From Candidatus Midichloria mitochondrii IricVA (GTDB taxonomy: Bacteria; Pseudomonadota; Alphaproteobacteria; Rickettsiales; Midichloriaceae), in the NCBI RefSeq assembly GCF_000219355.1, contig NC_015722.1:1050001-1082000 (forward strand): a stretch of 32,000 nucleotides of DNA, in the 5' to 3' direction. The translations under genes were made by a program, and so were the position numbers. Below the pieces are notes generated by a model that worked only from the letters and a program-made list of their open reading frames with translations, did no database searches and was not told where the DNA came from. Below are positions 15,769-25,292 of the stretch, in pieces (the stretch's first letter is position 1; every line of letters starts with the position of its first letter).

Positions 15769-17106
15769 ATGCAGAGGAAACTGCAAAATTTGATTGGAGA
15801 GGTACGGGCTATACCAGACTTCATGGTGAGCGGTGTTGTCACGGCTGTTAAGGGTCTATTAGTAGAAGCTAAAGGAATAGAAAAAATGGCCTATATTGGC
15901 TCACGTTGCCAAATTGAAGCACGTGATGATCATCATATTTTAGCCGAAGTAATAGGTTTTGAAGAGAATACTACTCTCTTAATGCCCTTCGATAATATCA
16001 ATGGAATAGGTGTTGGAGCGGTTATTAGAGTAATAGCTAATGATCAATTAATTTATCCGACTAAACAATGGGTAGGCCGAGTACTCAATGCGTTTGGAGA
16101 GCCAATTGATGGAAAAGGCCCTCTGCCCCTTGGCAACAAAGCATATTCTCTGCACTCCACTCCACCCGCTCCTCAGGCACGCAAGAGGGTTGGTGAAAAG
16201 CTAAATGTTGGTATTAGAGCAATAAACACCTTCTTATCCTGCTGCAAGGGCCAAAGAATGGGTATCTTCTCCGGCTCAGGAGTTGGCAAGTCTATGATGA
16301 TGGCAATGATGACGAAATTTGCTTCTGCAGATATCAAAATAATAGGTCTAATAGGCGAAAGAGGAAGAGAGGTCCAGGAGTTTATAGAAGACTATCTTGG
16401 TGAAGAGGGATTGAGAAAAGCAGTAGTTGTTGTTGCAACTTCTGATGAATCAGCCTTAAAGCGCAGACGAGCTGCTTACCTTACTTTAACACTCAGCGAA
16501 TACTTTAGAGATTCTAACTTGGAAGTGTTATGTATGCTTGATAATATAACCAGGTTTGCTATGGCCCAAAGAGAAATAGGATTAGCCGTTGGCGAGCCTC
16601 CAACAACGAAAGGCTATCCACCAAGTGTTTTTAGTGGGCTACCTTCTCTATTAGAAAGAGCAGGCCCTGGAACTCACGACCAGGCTTCTATTACTGCTTT
16701 TTTCAGTGTTTTAGTGGAAGGAGATGATACTAATGAACCAATTGCTGATGCAGTTAGGGGAATTTTAGATGGTCATATCGTGCTAGACAGAGATATAGCT
16801 GGTAGAGGAATATTTCCAGCTATTGATGTCGCCAAAAGCATATCGAGAACAATGCCTCGATGTAATAACGATAAGGAAAATGAGTTAATACAGAAAGCTA
16901 AAAAACTTATTGCTACTTATAACGATATGGCTGATATGGTGAGAATAGGTGCTTATAAGAAAGGTACTGATAAAGAAGTAGACGAAGCAATTCAATATTA
17001 TGATAAAATTTGCTCATTCATTTCTCAAAAATATAATGAAAGCGAAGATATAAAGGGGTCATATGAAAAGCTTGCTAAAGCTATTAATTTTAAGTTTAAT
17101 AACTAG
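15769..17106 (+). CDS. fliI: flagellum-specific (type III export) ATPase FliI
   Basis: 445-aa ORF with Walker A GSGVGKSMMMAMM, Walker B VLCMLDNITRFAMAQREI and the overall FliI/YscN architecture. No fliH or fliJ lies adjacent. Confidence 0.88.
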   Translation: MQRKLQNLIGEVRAIPDFMVSGVVTAVKGLLVEAKGIEKMAYIGSRCQIEARDDHHILAEVIGFEENTTLLMPFDNINGIGVGAVIRVIANDQLIYPTKQWVGRVLNAFGEPIDGKGPLPLGNKAYSLHSTPPAPQARKRVGEKLNVGIRAINTFLSCCKGQRMGIFSGSGVGKSMMMAMMTKFASADIKIIGLIGERGREVQEFIEDYLGEEGLRKAVVVVATSDESALKRRRAAYLTLTLSEYFRDSNLEVLCMLDNITRFAMAQREIGLAVGEPPTTKGYPPSVFSGLPSLLERAGPGTHDQASITAFFSVLVEGDDTNEPIADAVRGILDGHIVLDRDIAGRGIFPAIDVAKSISRTMPRCNNDKENELIQKAKKLIATYNDMADMVRIGAYKKGTDKEVDEAIQYYDKICSFISQKYNESEDIKGSYEKLAKAINFKFNN

Positions 17107-17461
17107 CTTGTATATAACAATGGGTGCTATAGCGAATGATAAAGTTGTAGAGCGCGATAAGACAATGCACAAAATTACAAAAAGCCTTAAGTGCTTAGTT
17201 TGTAATGGAGAATCTGTATATGATTCAAACTCTAATTTTGCAATAGCTATGAGAGAATTTATTAGAAGCGAATTAGAACAAGGCCGAGATGAAGAACAAA
17301 TTATTAATGACGTCGTGAGCGCCTACGGAGAAGAAATATTATTAAATCCATTTTTTTCACTAAAAACTACTTGGCTGTGGCTATTACCAGGTTTGTTGTT
17401 GATTTTAGGCTTTTACAAACTTTTTACCAATAAGAACTTATCAAGAATGGGAATATCTTAA
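17063..17461 (+). CDS. ccmH: cytochrome c-type biogenesis protein CcmH (CycL)
   Basis: 132-aa ORF with an N-terminal signal-like segment, the CcmH redox motif LKCLVCNGESVYDSNSNFAIAMREFI (LRCxxC..S..DS), and a C-terminal TM helix. It overlaps the fliI 3' end by 44 nt; an internal Met at about 17120 is an alternative start. Confidence 0.75.
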   Translation: MKSLLKLLILSLITSLYITMGAIANDKVVERDKTMHKITKSLKCLVCNGESVYDSNSNFAIAMREFIRSELEQGRDEEQIINDVVSAYGEEILLNPFFSLKTTWLWLLPGLLLILGFYKLFTNKNLSRMGIS

Positions 17462-17586
17462 TTGTCACAATTTTCTAGCAAAAACAGACTAAAATTCAAT
17501 CGCATAAGTTGAAACTCGGTGTCGTTTAAGCCCGTTGCAAAAAAGCAACTATTAGGTCTTTTTTACAGATTTATAGTATTATCAAT

Positions 17587-17614
17587 TTGACCACGTTGAC
17601 AGAAATATTATAGT
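17587..17614 (+). promoter_or_regulatory. candidate sigma70-type promoter for the OMP gene (TTGACC - 16 nt - TATAGT)
   Basis: The -35-like TTGACC is at 17587-17592 and the -10-like TATAGT at 17609-17614, about 100 nt upstream of the ATG at 17712. This is a motif match only. Confidence 0.25.
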
Positions 17615-17711
17615 TGTTTTAGCTATAAATTGTACTCTTGGGATCCCGCGCTCATTAGGTCGCAATTTATTGATTAATAAACAACAATAATAAACAAAAA
17701 ATAGGATAATT

Positions 17712-18480
17712 ATGAAAAAAACTTCTTTAATTGCTTTTGCAGCTGCTGCAATTTCTGCATCTTCTGCATTGGCTGCTCCTGGCGGTGTGTATGTCGGTTT
17801 AAATGGCGGCTATCAAATGATTCCTGGTAAAGTTAAAGCTGACTTATTTAAATACTCAACTAAGTCAACACCTGATGCAGCTATTGAACCAAGCGTTGAC
17901 TTAGAAGGAGCTCCAAGAGGTCCATTTGTTAATGCGGCTTTTGGTTATGTAGTTTCTGACGAATTCAGAACAGCTTTATCTTTCCAATACAACTTTGATC
18001 AAAAAAACACCTATAACAAAGAACGTGTAGAAACTAATAAAGTTAATGCAGCTCCAAAATTAAAACTTTCTCAATCTTGGAATGTTTTAGCTAGCTTTTA
18101 CTATGACTTCTTAAACACTTCTGCTTTCACTCCATTCATCGGCGTTGGCTTAGGTTACGGTGCTAGAACTTATGCAGTAGAAGGTATCCAAGCTAAAGCT
18201 GCTACTACAGTGATCGGTACTATCGGAAGTATAGATGACGTTGCATTAAAAGCAGGCAGCAAAGCAACCAAGAAAGCTTTTGTTTTCGGCGGAACCCTTG
18301 GCGTTGCTTACAAAATTAGCAACCAAGTCAGCTTAGAATTAGCTTATGCTGTTCAAACCTTACCTAAAGCTGAAACAAAATTGCCAGCTGAAGTATCTAC
18401 AAACAACGAGCATGCTGCTAAATTTAAAGCAAAAAAATCTTGCTCATAACGTAAGCGCAGGCGTTAGGTTTGCTTTCTAA
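17712..18480 (+). CDS. outer-membrane beta-barrel protein (OMP_b-brl / surface-antigen-like); C-terminal strand displaced by one extra A in an A7 run (18431-18437)
   Basis: It has a signal peptide (MKKTSLIAFAAAAISASSALA/AP) and alternating amphipathic strands (FTPFIGVGLGYG, FVFGGTLGVAYKIS, VSLELAYAV). The annotated frame ends ...KSCS*. The adjacent frame encodes AHNVSAGVRFAF* (stop at 18478-18480), a textbook OMP C-terminal strand ending in Phe. Removing one A gives AKNLAHNVSAGVRFAF. Confidence 0.75.
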
Positions 18481-18501
18481 TGAGCATTTGCTAAATATGT
18501 G

Positions 18502-18538
18502 AAAAGCCACGAATTCTTCTCGTGGCTTTTTCCTTTTC
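18502..18538 (+). terminator. rho-independent terminator after the OMP gene
   Basis: A perfect 10-bp stem pairs AAAGCCACGA (18503-18512) with TCGTGGCTTT (18520-18529). The loop is 7 nt and the stem is followed by a T-rich tail (TTCCTTTT). Confidence 0.7.
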
Positions 18539-18756
18539 TAAATAATGTCGCCAAACTAGCAAAGCCTAACAGAAGAGCAAGTAATATTAAGCTTTTAAAG
18601 GGAATGTTACGTCAAGTCAAACTGAGAAAAAGTAAGGCATTTCGGTCTATGGTTAAAGCGTTTATAATTCGCTCACACTTAGCTTTAATTTTCGTGTAAC
18701 CTTTTTGACTGCGCCGGCCTATTCGCCTTTGCTGTATCAAAATTACCAGCTCTAGA

Positions 18757-19557
18757 TTAACCAGCTCCAGCTGTAGAATTCGGTAAATTATTTAAATTGC
18801 CTTGCAGAAGCTTATTAACATCGGCCTCAAGTAGCGTATTTAGGATTGCAGATTGGGTACTTTGATCATATCTCAAAGCCTGCACCTTGTCCATTTCAAC
18901 CTTTCTTCCGCATTTAGTCAGCAAATATCTTATTCTTTTTGAATCCTCGCCTTCTTGAATAATTTCATCAACATAGGTATAGTAGGCCTTCATATTTGCT
19001 ACATCTTTTTTTTCAACATCGAACTCATCTATAATTCTAAATTTTAGCCCCTTATAAAAATCTTCACTCTTACCTGGTATTCCGCTCCAAGTAAATTTTG
19101 TGTCCGAATTTCTAATTGATTCAGTAAATACAACGTCCCCGACGGCATCAATTATTTCTAATACCGGGTTTTTAGCTTCCTCTTTAATCTCAAAATTTAA
19201 TAAAGCCTTACCACCCTGCATGACTACCTTATCGCCTCCTATTAGTACACCCTTACCAAATAAGTGCGAATAATTACCAATATTATCAGCAGATTGCATG
19301 ACTTTTTCTAACCGCTCCATTGTCATAACTTGAGCTTCCCCTTGTTCAAGCGCGATAATAGTACTCACCATATTCATTGAAGTCGTTGGGTCGGTTTGTT
19401 GCAGTGGGTTAACATTCCTAAACGAAGCTATAAGTAACCTCATCATATCACTTTTCAGTTCCTGTACAGAACGCTTCTTGGACGATGCTGAAGCTATTTT
19501 AGGTTTTTCGTTCTGAACTTTAGATTTTATATCCATTTCCACAAGGCAGTACCTCAA
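18757..19557 (-). CDS. flgD: flagellar hook assembly/capping protein FlgD
   Basis: The N-terminal region ELKSDMMRLLIASFRNVNPLQQTDPTTSMNMVSTIIALEQ matches the FlgD motif (F..LL..QL.NQDPL.P.D......Q.A.FS.LEQ). It sits directly downstream of fliK. The likely true start is the Met at 19536 (MDIKSK). Confidence 0.75.
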   Translation of the reverse strand: MRYCLVEMDIKSKVQNEKPKIASASSKKRSVQELKSDMMRLLIASFRNVNPLQQTDPTTSMNMVSTIIALEQGEAQVMTMERLEKVMQSADNIGNYSHLFGKGVLIGGDKVVMQGGKALLNFEIKEEAKNPVLEIIDAVGDVVFTESIRNSDTKFTWSGIPGKSEDFYKGLKFRIIDEFDVEKKDVANMKAYYTYVDEIIQEGEDSKRIRYLLTKCGRKVEMDKVQALRYDQSTQSAILNTLLEADVNKLLQGNLNNLPNSTAGAG

Positions 19558-19569
19558 AAATGATTTTAT

Positions 19570-20643
19570 TTAAATTAATAAATTCACACCACTAACTATG
19601 CCATTAACCAAAATGCTAGCAGTTTTTATTTTTTTATCAAGGCCATTTCCTAAGCATTCATTTGTTGTAGTCTGCAACAAAGTACCGGAGCTATTTCTAC
19701 TAGTTCCTGTCTTTCTTTCAAAGCTTTGCATGGCAAAATTAATATTAGCTTGGTTTATACCAATACCCGCAAGCATTGACACTAGTCTTTCACTATTTTG
19801 TTTTAACATAAAATAGGTGGATTCCCTTCCAACATTAATTTGGATGCTATGCTTTTCACGATTTTCTTGATCCGGAACAAATACTATTTCGACAGAACCA
19901 AGATGAGCAGGCTCCAGTTGGACAACAATTTTGTCAGACCTACCATTCTTAGTAGCTGATATGTGGGTTAATATTTGATTATTAATATCCTCAAGATTAT
20001 TTTGTTCAACTGTTTCATATTTATAGCAAATTTCAGCTGGATCAATTCTTATCTCGATAGGATTTAAAAATTGGTAAATTAACTCTTCTTCCACTGTTTT
20101 TGTTTGAGAACTTTGCTGATTTGTTCCTTCATCTACCTTTCCTATAGCACCGTCATTAAGTTGCATTTCAAACGGTAGGGCTGTAGAGTTGGTAGGCTGC
20201 TTAAGCACATTTTGTATAATACTTTCATCATTTACATCTTGAATCGGCAACTCAGCAACTTGCTTTACTACCTGTTTTTTATCTTCATAAGATAACTGAG
20301 GCTTAGGCCATAATTGCTCTTTAATTGTGAAGACTTTAGAAGATTCATTTAGTAATTCTTGTTTCACTTCTGCTTTGATATTAACCAGCTCAAAGGTACT
20401 AAAATTCACATCAAAAAATTGATTCTCGTTATCAGCCGGTGCAACTTCCGCAACAAACTCATTATTAGGCTCTATATACTCTTTTAAGTTCCCGATCACA
20501 AAGTTTTTACCACCTAAATTTACTAACAAATCTAAAAAATTTAGGTTTGCCCCTATAAATAGCTGCTTGATAGTCGGAGCAGTCTGCCCCTGGGAATTAT
20601 CCTTATTGACAGGTAAAAAAATTTTTGGAATGTTTTGTGTCAT
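19570..20643 (-). CDS. fliK: flagellar hook-length control protein FliK (divergent)
   Basis: 357-aa ORF. Its N-terminal two thirds are low-complexity and Q/N/E-rich. The C-terminal block KIVVQLEPAHLGSVEIVFV...IQINVGRESTYFMLKQNSERL resembles the Flg_hook domain (L.L.P..LG.V.V.L). The gene is syntenic with flgD. Confidence 0.65.
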   Translation of the reverse strand: MTQNIPKIFLPVNKDNSQGQTAPTIKQLFIGANLNFLDLLVNLGGKNFVIGNLKEYIEPNNEFVAEVAPADNENQFFDVNFSTFELVNIKAEVKQELLNESSKVFTIKEQLWPKPQLSYEDKKQVVKQVAELPIQDVNDESIIQNVLKQPTNSTALPFEMQLNDGAIGKVDEGTNQQSSQTKTVEEELIYQFLNPIEIRIDPAEICYKYETVEQNNLEDINNQILTHISATKNGRSDKIVVQLEPAHLGSVEIVFVPDQENREKHSIQINVGRESTYFMLKQNSERLVSMLAGIGINQANINFAMQSFERKTGTSRNSSGTLLQTTTNECLGNGLDKKIKTASILVNGIVSGVNLLI

Positions 20644-20683
20644 AGTAAACTTTTTAATATTCTAATAATTAACAGCAAATATC

Positions 20684-21326
20684 ATGCCAAAAATTTCTGC
20701 ATCAATATTATCCGCTAATTTTTCTATCCTCAAAGAAGAAATAATGAAACTCAAAAAGGCGGGCGCTGATTACATACACGTTGATGTTATGGATGGCATA
20801 TGTTCGTACCCAATATCACCTTAGGCCCTAAAGTTATTGCAGATATTGCCAAGCACTCCCAAATTCCTTTGGATGCGCACCTCATGATAGAAAGGCCATA
20901 ACGCTATGTGTAAAAAGAGTTCATAACAGCTGGCGGTTCAATTCTAACCATCCACTTAGAAGCAACACAAAATCCTAAGGCAATCCCTTCAAGAAATTAA
21001 GAGTTATGGAGTTGCTGCCGGTATTTCTGTATCTCCCGATACTGGATAATTTATATGATTCTATAGATTTAATATTAGTAATGACAGTACACCCTGGCCT
21101 TGCTGGACAGAAGTTTTTACCTTCGCAGCTAAAAAAATTGCTAATATTCGCAGTAAAATCAACACCACAAACCGCGATATATTGTTGTCCGTAGACGGAG
21201 GCATTAAATGAGACAACAGCTAAACAATGTATAGAGTAAGAGGCGGGCGCTAACATCCTAGTCGCGGGCAGCTTCATATTTAATAACACCAACTATAGGA
21301 ATAATATAAGGGCCTTGAAAATATAG
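20684..21326 (+). pseudogene. rpe: ribulose-phosphate 3-epimerase pseudogene
   Basis: It starts [38 protein letters not shown] (a canonical Rpe N-terminus) and then breaks. Later Rpe blocks are scattered over all three frames (IPLDAHLMIE, ILTIHLEAT, GVAAGISVSPDT, LILVMTVHPGLAGQKF, SVDGGI, AGANILVAGS-like) with several in-frame stops. Confidence 0.85.
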
Positions 21327-21412
21327 TTTATAAAAAATTGAAAGTCCCTAGATGCTAGCTTCCATTATGCGAGTTCTATAATATACTAAACAAAAAATAG
21401 ATTCCTAAGACT

Positions 21413-22117
21413 ATGGTAAACATCGACCACATCAGAGCAGTGACAGCCTCCCATGCTACGCCTCCCTCTTTCCGAGCTAAGGCATTTTTCAAAATTGGCA
21501 GCGGTCACTATGCTGAAGGCGGTGAATTCATAGGAGTGACCGTACCAAATTTGCGCACAAGATCGCTAAAAATTTCTCTAATATTAGCCTAAGCTCCTTA
21601 CTTGGAGTCACTTCTATCTTCAAAAATTAACGAAGAGAGGTTGTGTTGGCGTTACTAATACTCGTCCATCAGTATAAAAAAGCAGAAGTTAATCTGAAGG
21701 AAGAGCTATATCAATTTTATCTGAAAAATTTGCAATACGTGAATAATTGGAATCTTGTGGATAGTTCAGCTCATTTAATTATGGGGAGCGCACTCTCATG
21801 GGATAAAGATCGATCCATTTTGCTTCAGCTGGGGAACTCGGAAGACTTATGGGAGCGCCGAATAGCTATCATTGCTACTTGGTATTTTATTCGTAAAGAG
21901 GACTTAGACTGGACATTTAATATTGCATACCTACTTATTAATGATAAACATGACCTAATTCATAAAGCAGTTGGTTGGATGTTACGTGAAGCAGGGAAAC
22001 GTAATGAACGAGCTCTAATAGAATTCTTAGAGAAGAATGTACTTAAAATGCCAAGAACAATGCTTACGCTATGCAATTGAAAATTTGAAACCACAGCAGC
22101 GAAAAAAATATCATTAG
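21413..22117 (+). pseudogene. DNA alkylation repair protein (AlkD-like HEAT-repeat glycosylase family) pseudogene
   Basis: Three frame pieces. The N-terminal piece reads FFKIGSGHYAEGGEFIGVTVPNLR. The core ORF 21643..22080 reads LALLILVHQYKKA...NNWNLVDSSA...LWERRIAIIATWYF...IHKAVGWMLREAGK...MPRTML. The tail LRYAIENLKPQQRKKYH* in a third frame ends at 22117. Confidence 0.7.
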
Positions 22118-22173
22118 TACGAGCTATATCTTAAAAGAACTATTGCTATCCCTCAGAGCTGCCTCAATAAAAC

Positions 22174-22990
22174 GGCAATGCCTGGTAATTATAGACGGCA
22201 TAAGAGGGTGTGATATCTTCGTAGTAAAACGGGGGGGGCAGAAATTACAATTAAGTGTAAATATATTGCGGCTCCAGCGAGCAGGTGAAGAATGGTGTGG
22301 TATATGGACGGCAGAGGTATAGATTGCAAGAATTGCAAAAAGAATTACCGAGAAGGTGATAAGCGGCAGAAATACACGATGAATGATAGACTTAAAACTT
22401 AACCTTGAAGACTGTGGGATTAGGACGATAGAGAGACTGACTGGGAAATCCATAACAGCCAAAAATCTTCATGGATCGAAAGACGGGGGGGGGGACGCTA
22501 TGTGCAAGAAAAGTTAGATAAGAGCTGGCAACCAGCACAAAAAGTCACTTAAGGATATCGAGGTCCTAGAGATTGACGAGCTGTGCACATATATAAAAAA
22601 GACCAAAGAATGTAGGGGAACACCTTTATATGGATTGCTGTTGATAGAGGAGCGGGTGAAATTATTGATTTTGAAGGGTAGGTGACGGGAGTAAGGCAAC
22701 CTATCTGAACCTGGCATTTTAGGCTTGAAGAACGTTATAAAATTGAGCATGTACAGGTGATCACAGCGTTTATGAATACTATAAAATCTCCACGCACCAT
22801 CACGAAACAAAGGCTGGGACATCATTGTGGTAGAATCAAAGAATTCTTTAAAGGCATTATCTAGCTCGTTTTAATCGAAGAACGAAGCGCTACAGCAAAT
22901 TCCTGAGGATGCTTTGCACTATTCTTAACCTCTTCTTCCATAGGCATTTGCTGGATTTGAAACTTCTATCTATAAATGTTAGGCAATGCC
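22174..22990 (+). mobile_element. IS1-family insertion sequence relic, copy A (transposase frames destroyed)
   Basis: Imperfect terminal inverted repeats: GGCAATGCCTGGTAATTATAGACGG (left) versus the reverse complement of the right end, GGCATTGCCTAACATTTATAGATAG (18/25 match). The interior encodes InsA-like zinc-ribbon/HTH fragments (CKNCKKNYREGDKRQKY; GIRTIERLTGKS) and InsB-like DDE fragments (LEIDELCTYIKK; IWIAVDR..GEIIDFE; LARFNRRTKRYSK), broken by stops. Homology to copy B stops exactly at these ends. Confidence 0.75.
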
Positions 22991-23132
22991 ATCAATACTT
23001 AATCAAAACAATTGACTAAAACCACAATCATTGATATAAGGCTATCTAAAATTTCTTTGCTATGAAGTCTTTTGCTGTATCCGTTTCTTCAGAAATCTAT
23101 TCCCTTCAATCCCCAATGTATGGAGCGTTGTT

Positions 23133-24104
23133 ATGAAACAGCAGCGTTCTCTCTATGGCATTTTATTCATGTTAGTTAATACTCTGGCCTTGGCAGGGCT
23201 AGATATCGCAGTAAAAACCCTAAGACAAGATTTGCATGCTGGCATAATAGTTTTTTTATATAAGTTCAGCCTGCTTATTATAATATTGCCATGGGTCTTG
23301 AAAGATGGACTGAAACGACTTAAGACTCAAAGAATAATGTCGCACATGCTGCGCAGTTTGTTTAGTGTTGCTGGCGCATTATGCTTTTATCATGGCCTGT
23401 ATTTTGTTAATATGGCGGATGCTGCAGCTCTTGAAAATCTTCAATATTTAATTGTTGCCATCTTTGGAATTATGTTTTTTTCAGAAGAAATTTCTGTTTC
23501 AAAAATAGCGGCAATAATTTTAGCCTTTATTGGGGCGCTTATTGTGGTAAATTTCGAAACCATTTCAGGATTTGGTACAATACAAAGTACGAGTTATAAT
23601 AAGGGACATATTTTAATTTTGCTCGCAATCTCTTTTTGGGCTTGCAATACTATAACGGTAAAACTATTAAGCAGCACCGAACATAACAAAACTCAAATGT
23701 TCTATTTATTGCTAACCGCCTCAATTTTATCTATCCCTTCTGCCTTCATTAAATGGAGTGAAGTAACTCTTTGGAATATTAATTTACCACTTATCCCAGA
23801 ATTCATTGATTTATCAACTACTCATTTGAAATTAGATCATATACTTCTAATAGGCTTTATTGCAGCCTGTTATTTTATTCATGGCGTCATGTATTTTAAT
23901 GCATTAAAATCAGAATTATCTGTGGTAATACCTTTTAGATATACCAAATTGATGTTTAGCGCATTTTTAGGCTGGCTCTTCTTCGCCGAGCAGCATAGTA
24001 AGTTTTCTTATATTGGATATACTTTAATCATAATAGCCGGCTTACTGCTGGTTAGATCACAGATGCAAAAGATTCCTAAAAAGAAAAAAGAAATGGCTGC
24101 CTAG
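23133..24104 (+). CDS. DMT-superfamily (EamA-like) transporter, about 10 TM segments
   Basis: 323-aa ORF, hydrophobic throughout, with two EamA-like halves (LFMLVNTLALAGLDIAVK...; ILILLAISFWACNTITVK...) and a basic C-terminal tail. The substrate is not inferable. Confidence 0.8.
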   Translation: MKQQRSLYGILFMLVNTLALAGLDIAVKTLRQDLHAGIIVFLYKFSLLIIILPWVLKDGLKRLKTQRIMSHMLRSLFSVAGALCFYHGLYFVNMADAAALENLQYLIVAIFGIMFFSEEISVSKIAAIILAFIGALIVVNFETISGFGTIQSTSYNKGHILILLAISFWACNTITVKLLSSTEHNKTQMFYLLLTASILSIPSAFIKWSEVTLWNINLPLIPEFIDLSTTHLKLDHILLIGFIAACYFIHGVMYFNALKSELSVVIPFRYTKLMFSAFLGWLFFAEQHSKFSYIGYTLIIIAGLLLVRSQMQKIPKKKKEMAA

Positions 24105-24175
24105 GCCATTATTGCACGAAGTCTGGAATTATTATATACTTTATTAGCAGAGTATTTTAATCGTATATTTTCTGA

Positions 24176-24829
24176 ATGAAACGCTTTTTTATATTTTTAT
24201 TAACTGCTTTTTTAAGCGCCGAAGCTGCTTTTTGTGAAACTGAACAAAAGGCAATCATGCAGGAACTGGTTTTTTCTAAGGCGGTAAGAAAAATACCCAA
24301 AATTAATTTTGTAGACGAAGTAGAAAATAACTATGACATTAAAGATTTTGAAGGTCAAATAGTTATCCTTTATTCCTGGGCGAGTTGGTGTGTTGAGTGT
24401 ATCAATGAATTAAAAAGATTAGATACCTTAAAATCAAAATTACTGTATGAAAATGTTGCAGATATTGAAATTATTCCAATCTCAATAGATTTTAAGCAGC
24501 CTGAATTTTTACACTCTGTATACAAAAATACTGGTATTGCTAATCTCGGGTTATTTATTGATCAAAATAAAAAAGTTATGAAAACCTTAGAAATTAGCGG
24601 AGCACCCTACACTATAATTTTAGACAAAAATCTCATGGAAATTATGAGAACAAATCAGCACATAAAATGGGACAAAGCAAACATTATCGATCAATTAATT
24701 AAACTGCGTGGTGGACCAGTAAAAAAATATCAAAGCGACGCTCTACAACTAGAGCATTCTGAAGATTTGCAAAAAGAAGGTGACAATGTTGACAATTCTG
24801 ATATACAGAGGATGTTGAATTCAAAATAG
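24176..24829 (+). CDS. secreted/periplasmic thioredoxin-fold thiol:disulfide oxidoreductase (TlpA/redoxin-like)
   Basis: It has a signal peptide ([17 protein letters not shown]) and a CxxC active site in the context [19 protein letters not shown], typical of the TlpA/ResA/CcmG family. An acidic C-terminal extension follows. Confidence 0.75.
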   Translation: MKRFFIFLLTAFLSAEAAFCETEQKAIMQELVFSKAVRKIPKINFVDEVENNYDIKDFEGQIVILYSWASWCVECINELKRLDTLKSKLLYENVADIEIIPISIDFKQPEFLHSVYKNTGIANLGLFIDQNKKVMKTLEISGAPYTIILDKNLMEIMRTNQHIKWDKANIIDQLIKLRGGPVKKYQSDALQLEHSEDLQKEGDNVDNSDIQRMLNSK

Positions 24830-24834
24830 ATGAT

Positions 24835-25290
24835 ATGAGCAGCGTCTTAGTCCCCATTAAAGAGCTTGAACATTATAAAGAATTACCTTTACCGTCTTAT
24901 GCCACAATTGATAGCGCTGGTATGGACCTGGTGGCTGCGATTTCAGAAAATGAGTCAGTTGAATTATTACCAAGACAAAGGAAATTAATTCCAACTGGAA
25001 TAGCCATAGCTTTGCCTAAGGGTTTTGAAGCGCAAATTAGGCCTCGATCTGGGCTCGCTATAAAAAGCGGTATAACGGTTACTAATGCTCCAGGTACCAT
25101 TGATGCTGATTATAGAGGCGAAATCTTTGTATCCTTAATCAACCTAAGCGAGGAAGCTTTCCGAATTACAAGAGGCATGAGAATCGCCCAAATGGTCATT
25201 GCTAGATACGAAAGAATTAATTGGAACTTGACAGAATCTTTAGATGAAACTGCACGGGGTGCAGGTGGATTCGGGTCTACTGGATTATAA
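24835..25290 (+). CDS. dut: dUTP diphosphatase
   Basis: 151-aa ORF with all five dUTPase motifs ([38 protein letters not shown]). Confidence 0.95.
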   Translation: MSSVLVPIKELEHYKELPLPSYATIDSAGMDLVAAISENESVELLPRQRKLIPTGIAIALPKGFEAQIRPRSGLAIKSGITVTNAPGTIDADYRGEIFVSLINLSEEAFRITRGMRIAQMVIARYERINWNLTESLDETARGAGGFGSTGL

Positions 25291-25292
25291 AT

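Noticed and set aside
18499-18699. 66-aa + strand ORF after the OMP gene
   Set aside because: It starts inside the OMP terminator hairpin, has no RBS and a basic low-complexity sequence, and lies in the convergent spacer between the OMP gene and flgD.
22124-22825. Minus-strand ORFs 22124..22462 and 22514..22825, and the + strand ORF 26775..27074 that shares MMSQPLFRDGAWRFYSI with them
   Set aside because: The shared peptide only reflects the two inverted IS1 copies. The sense strand of the IS carries the InsA/InsB-like fragments, and these ORFs are its antisense.
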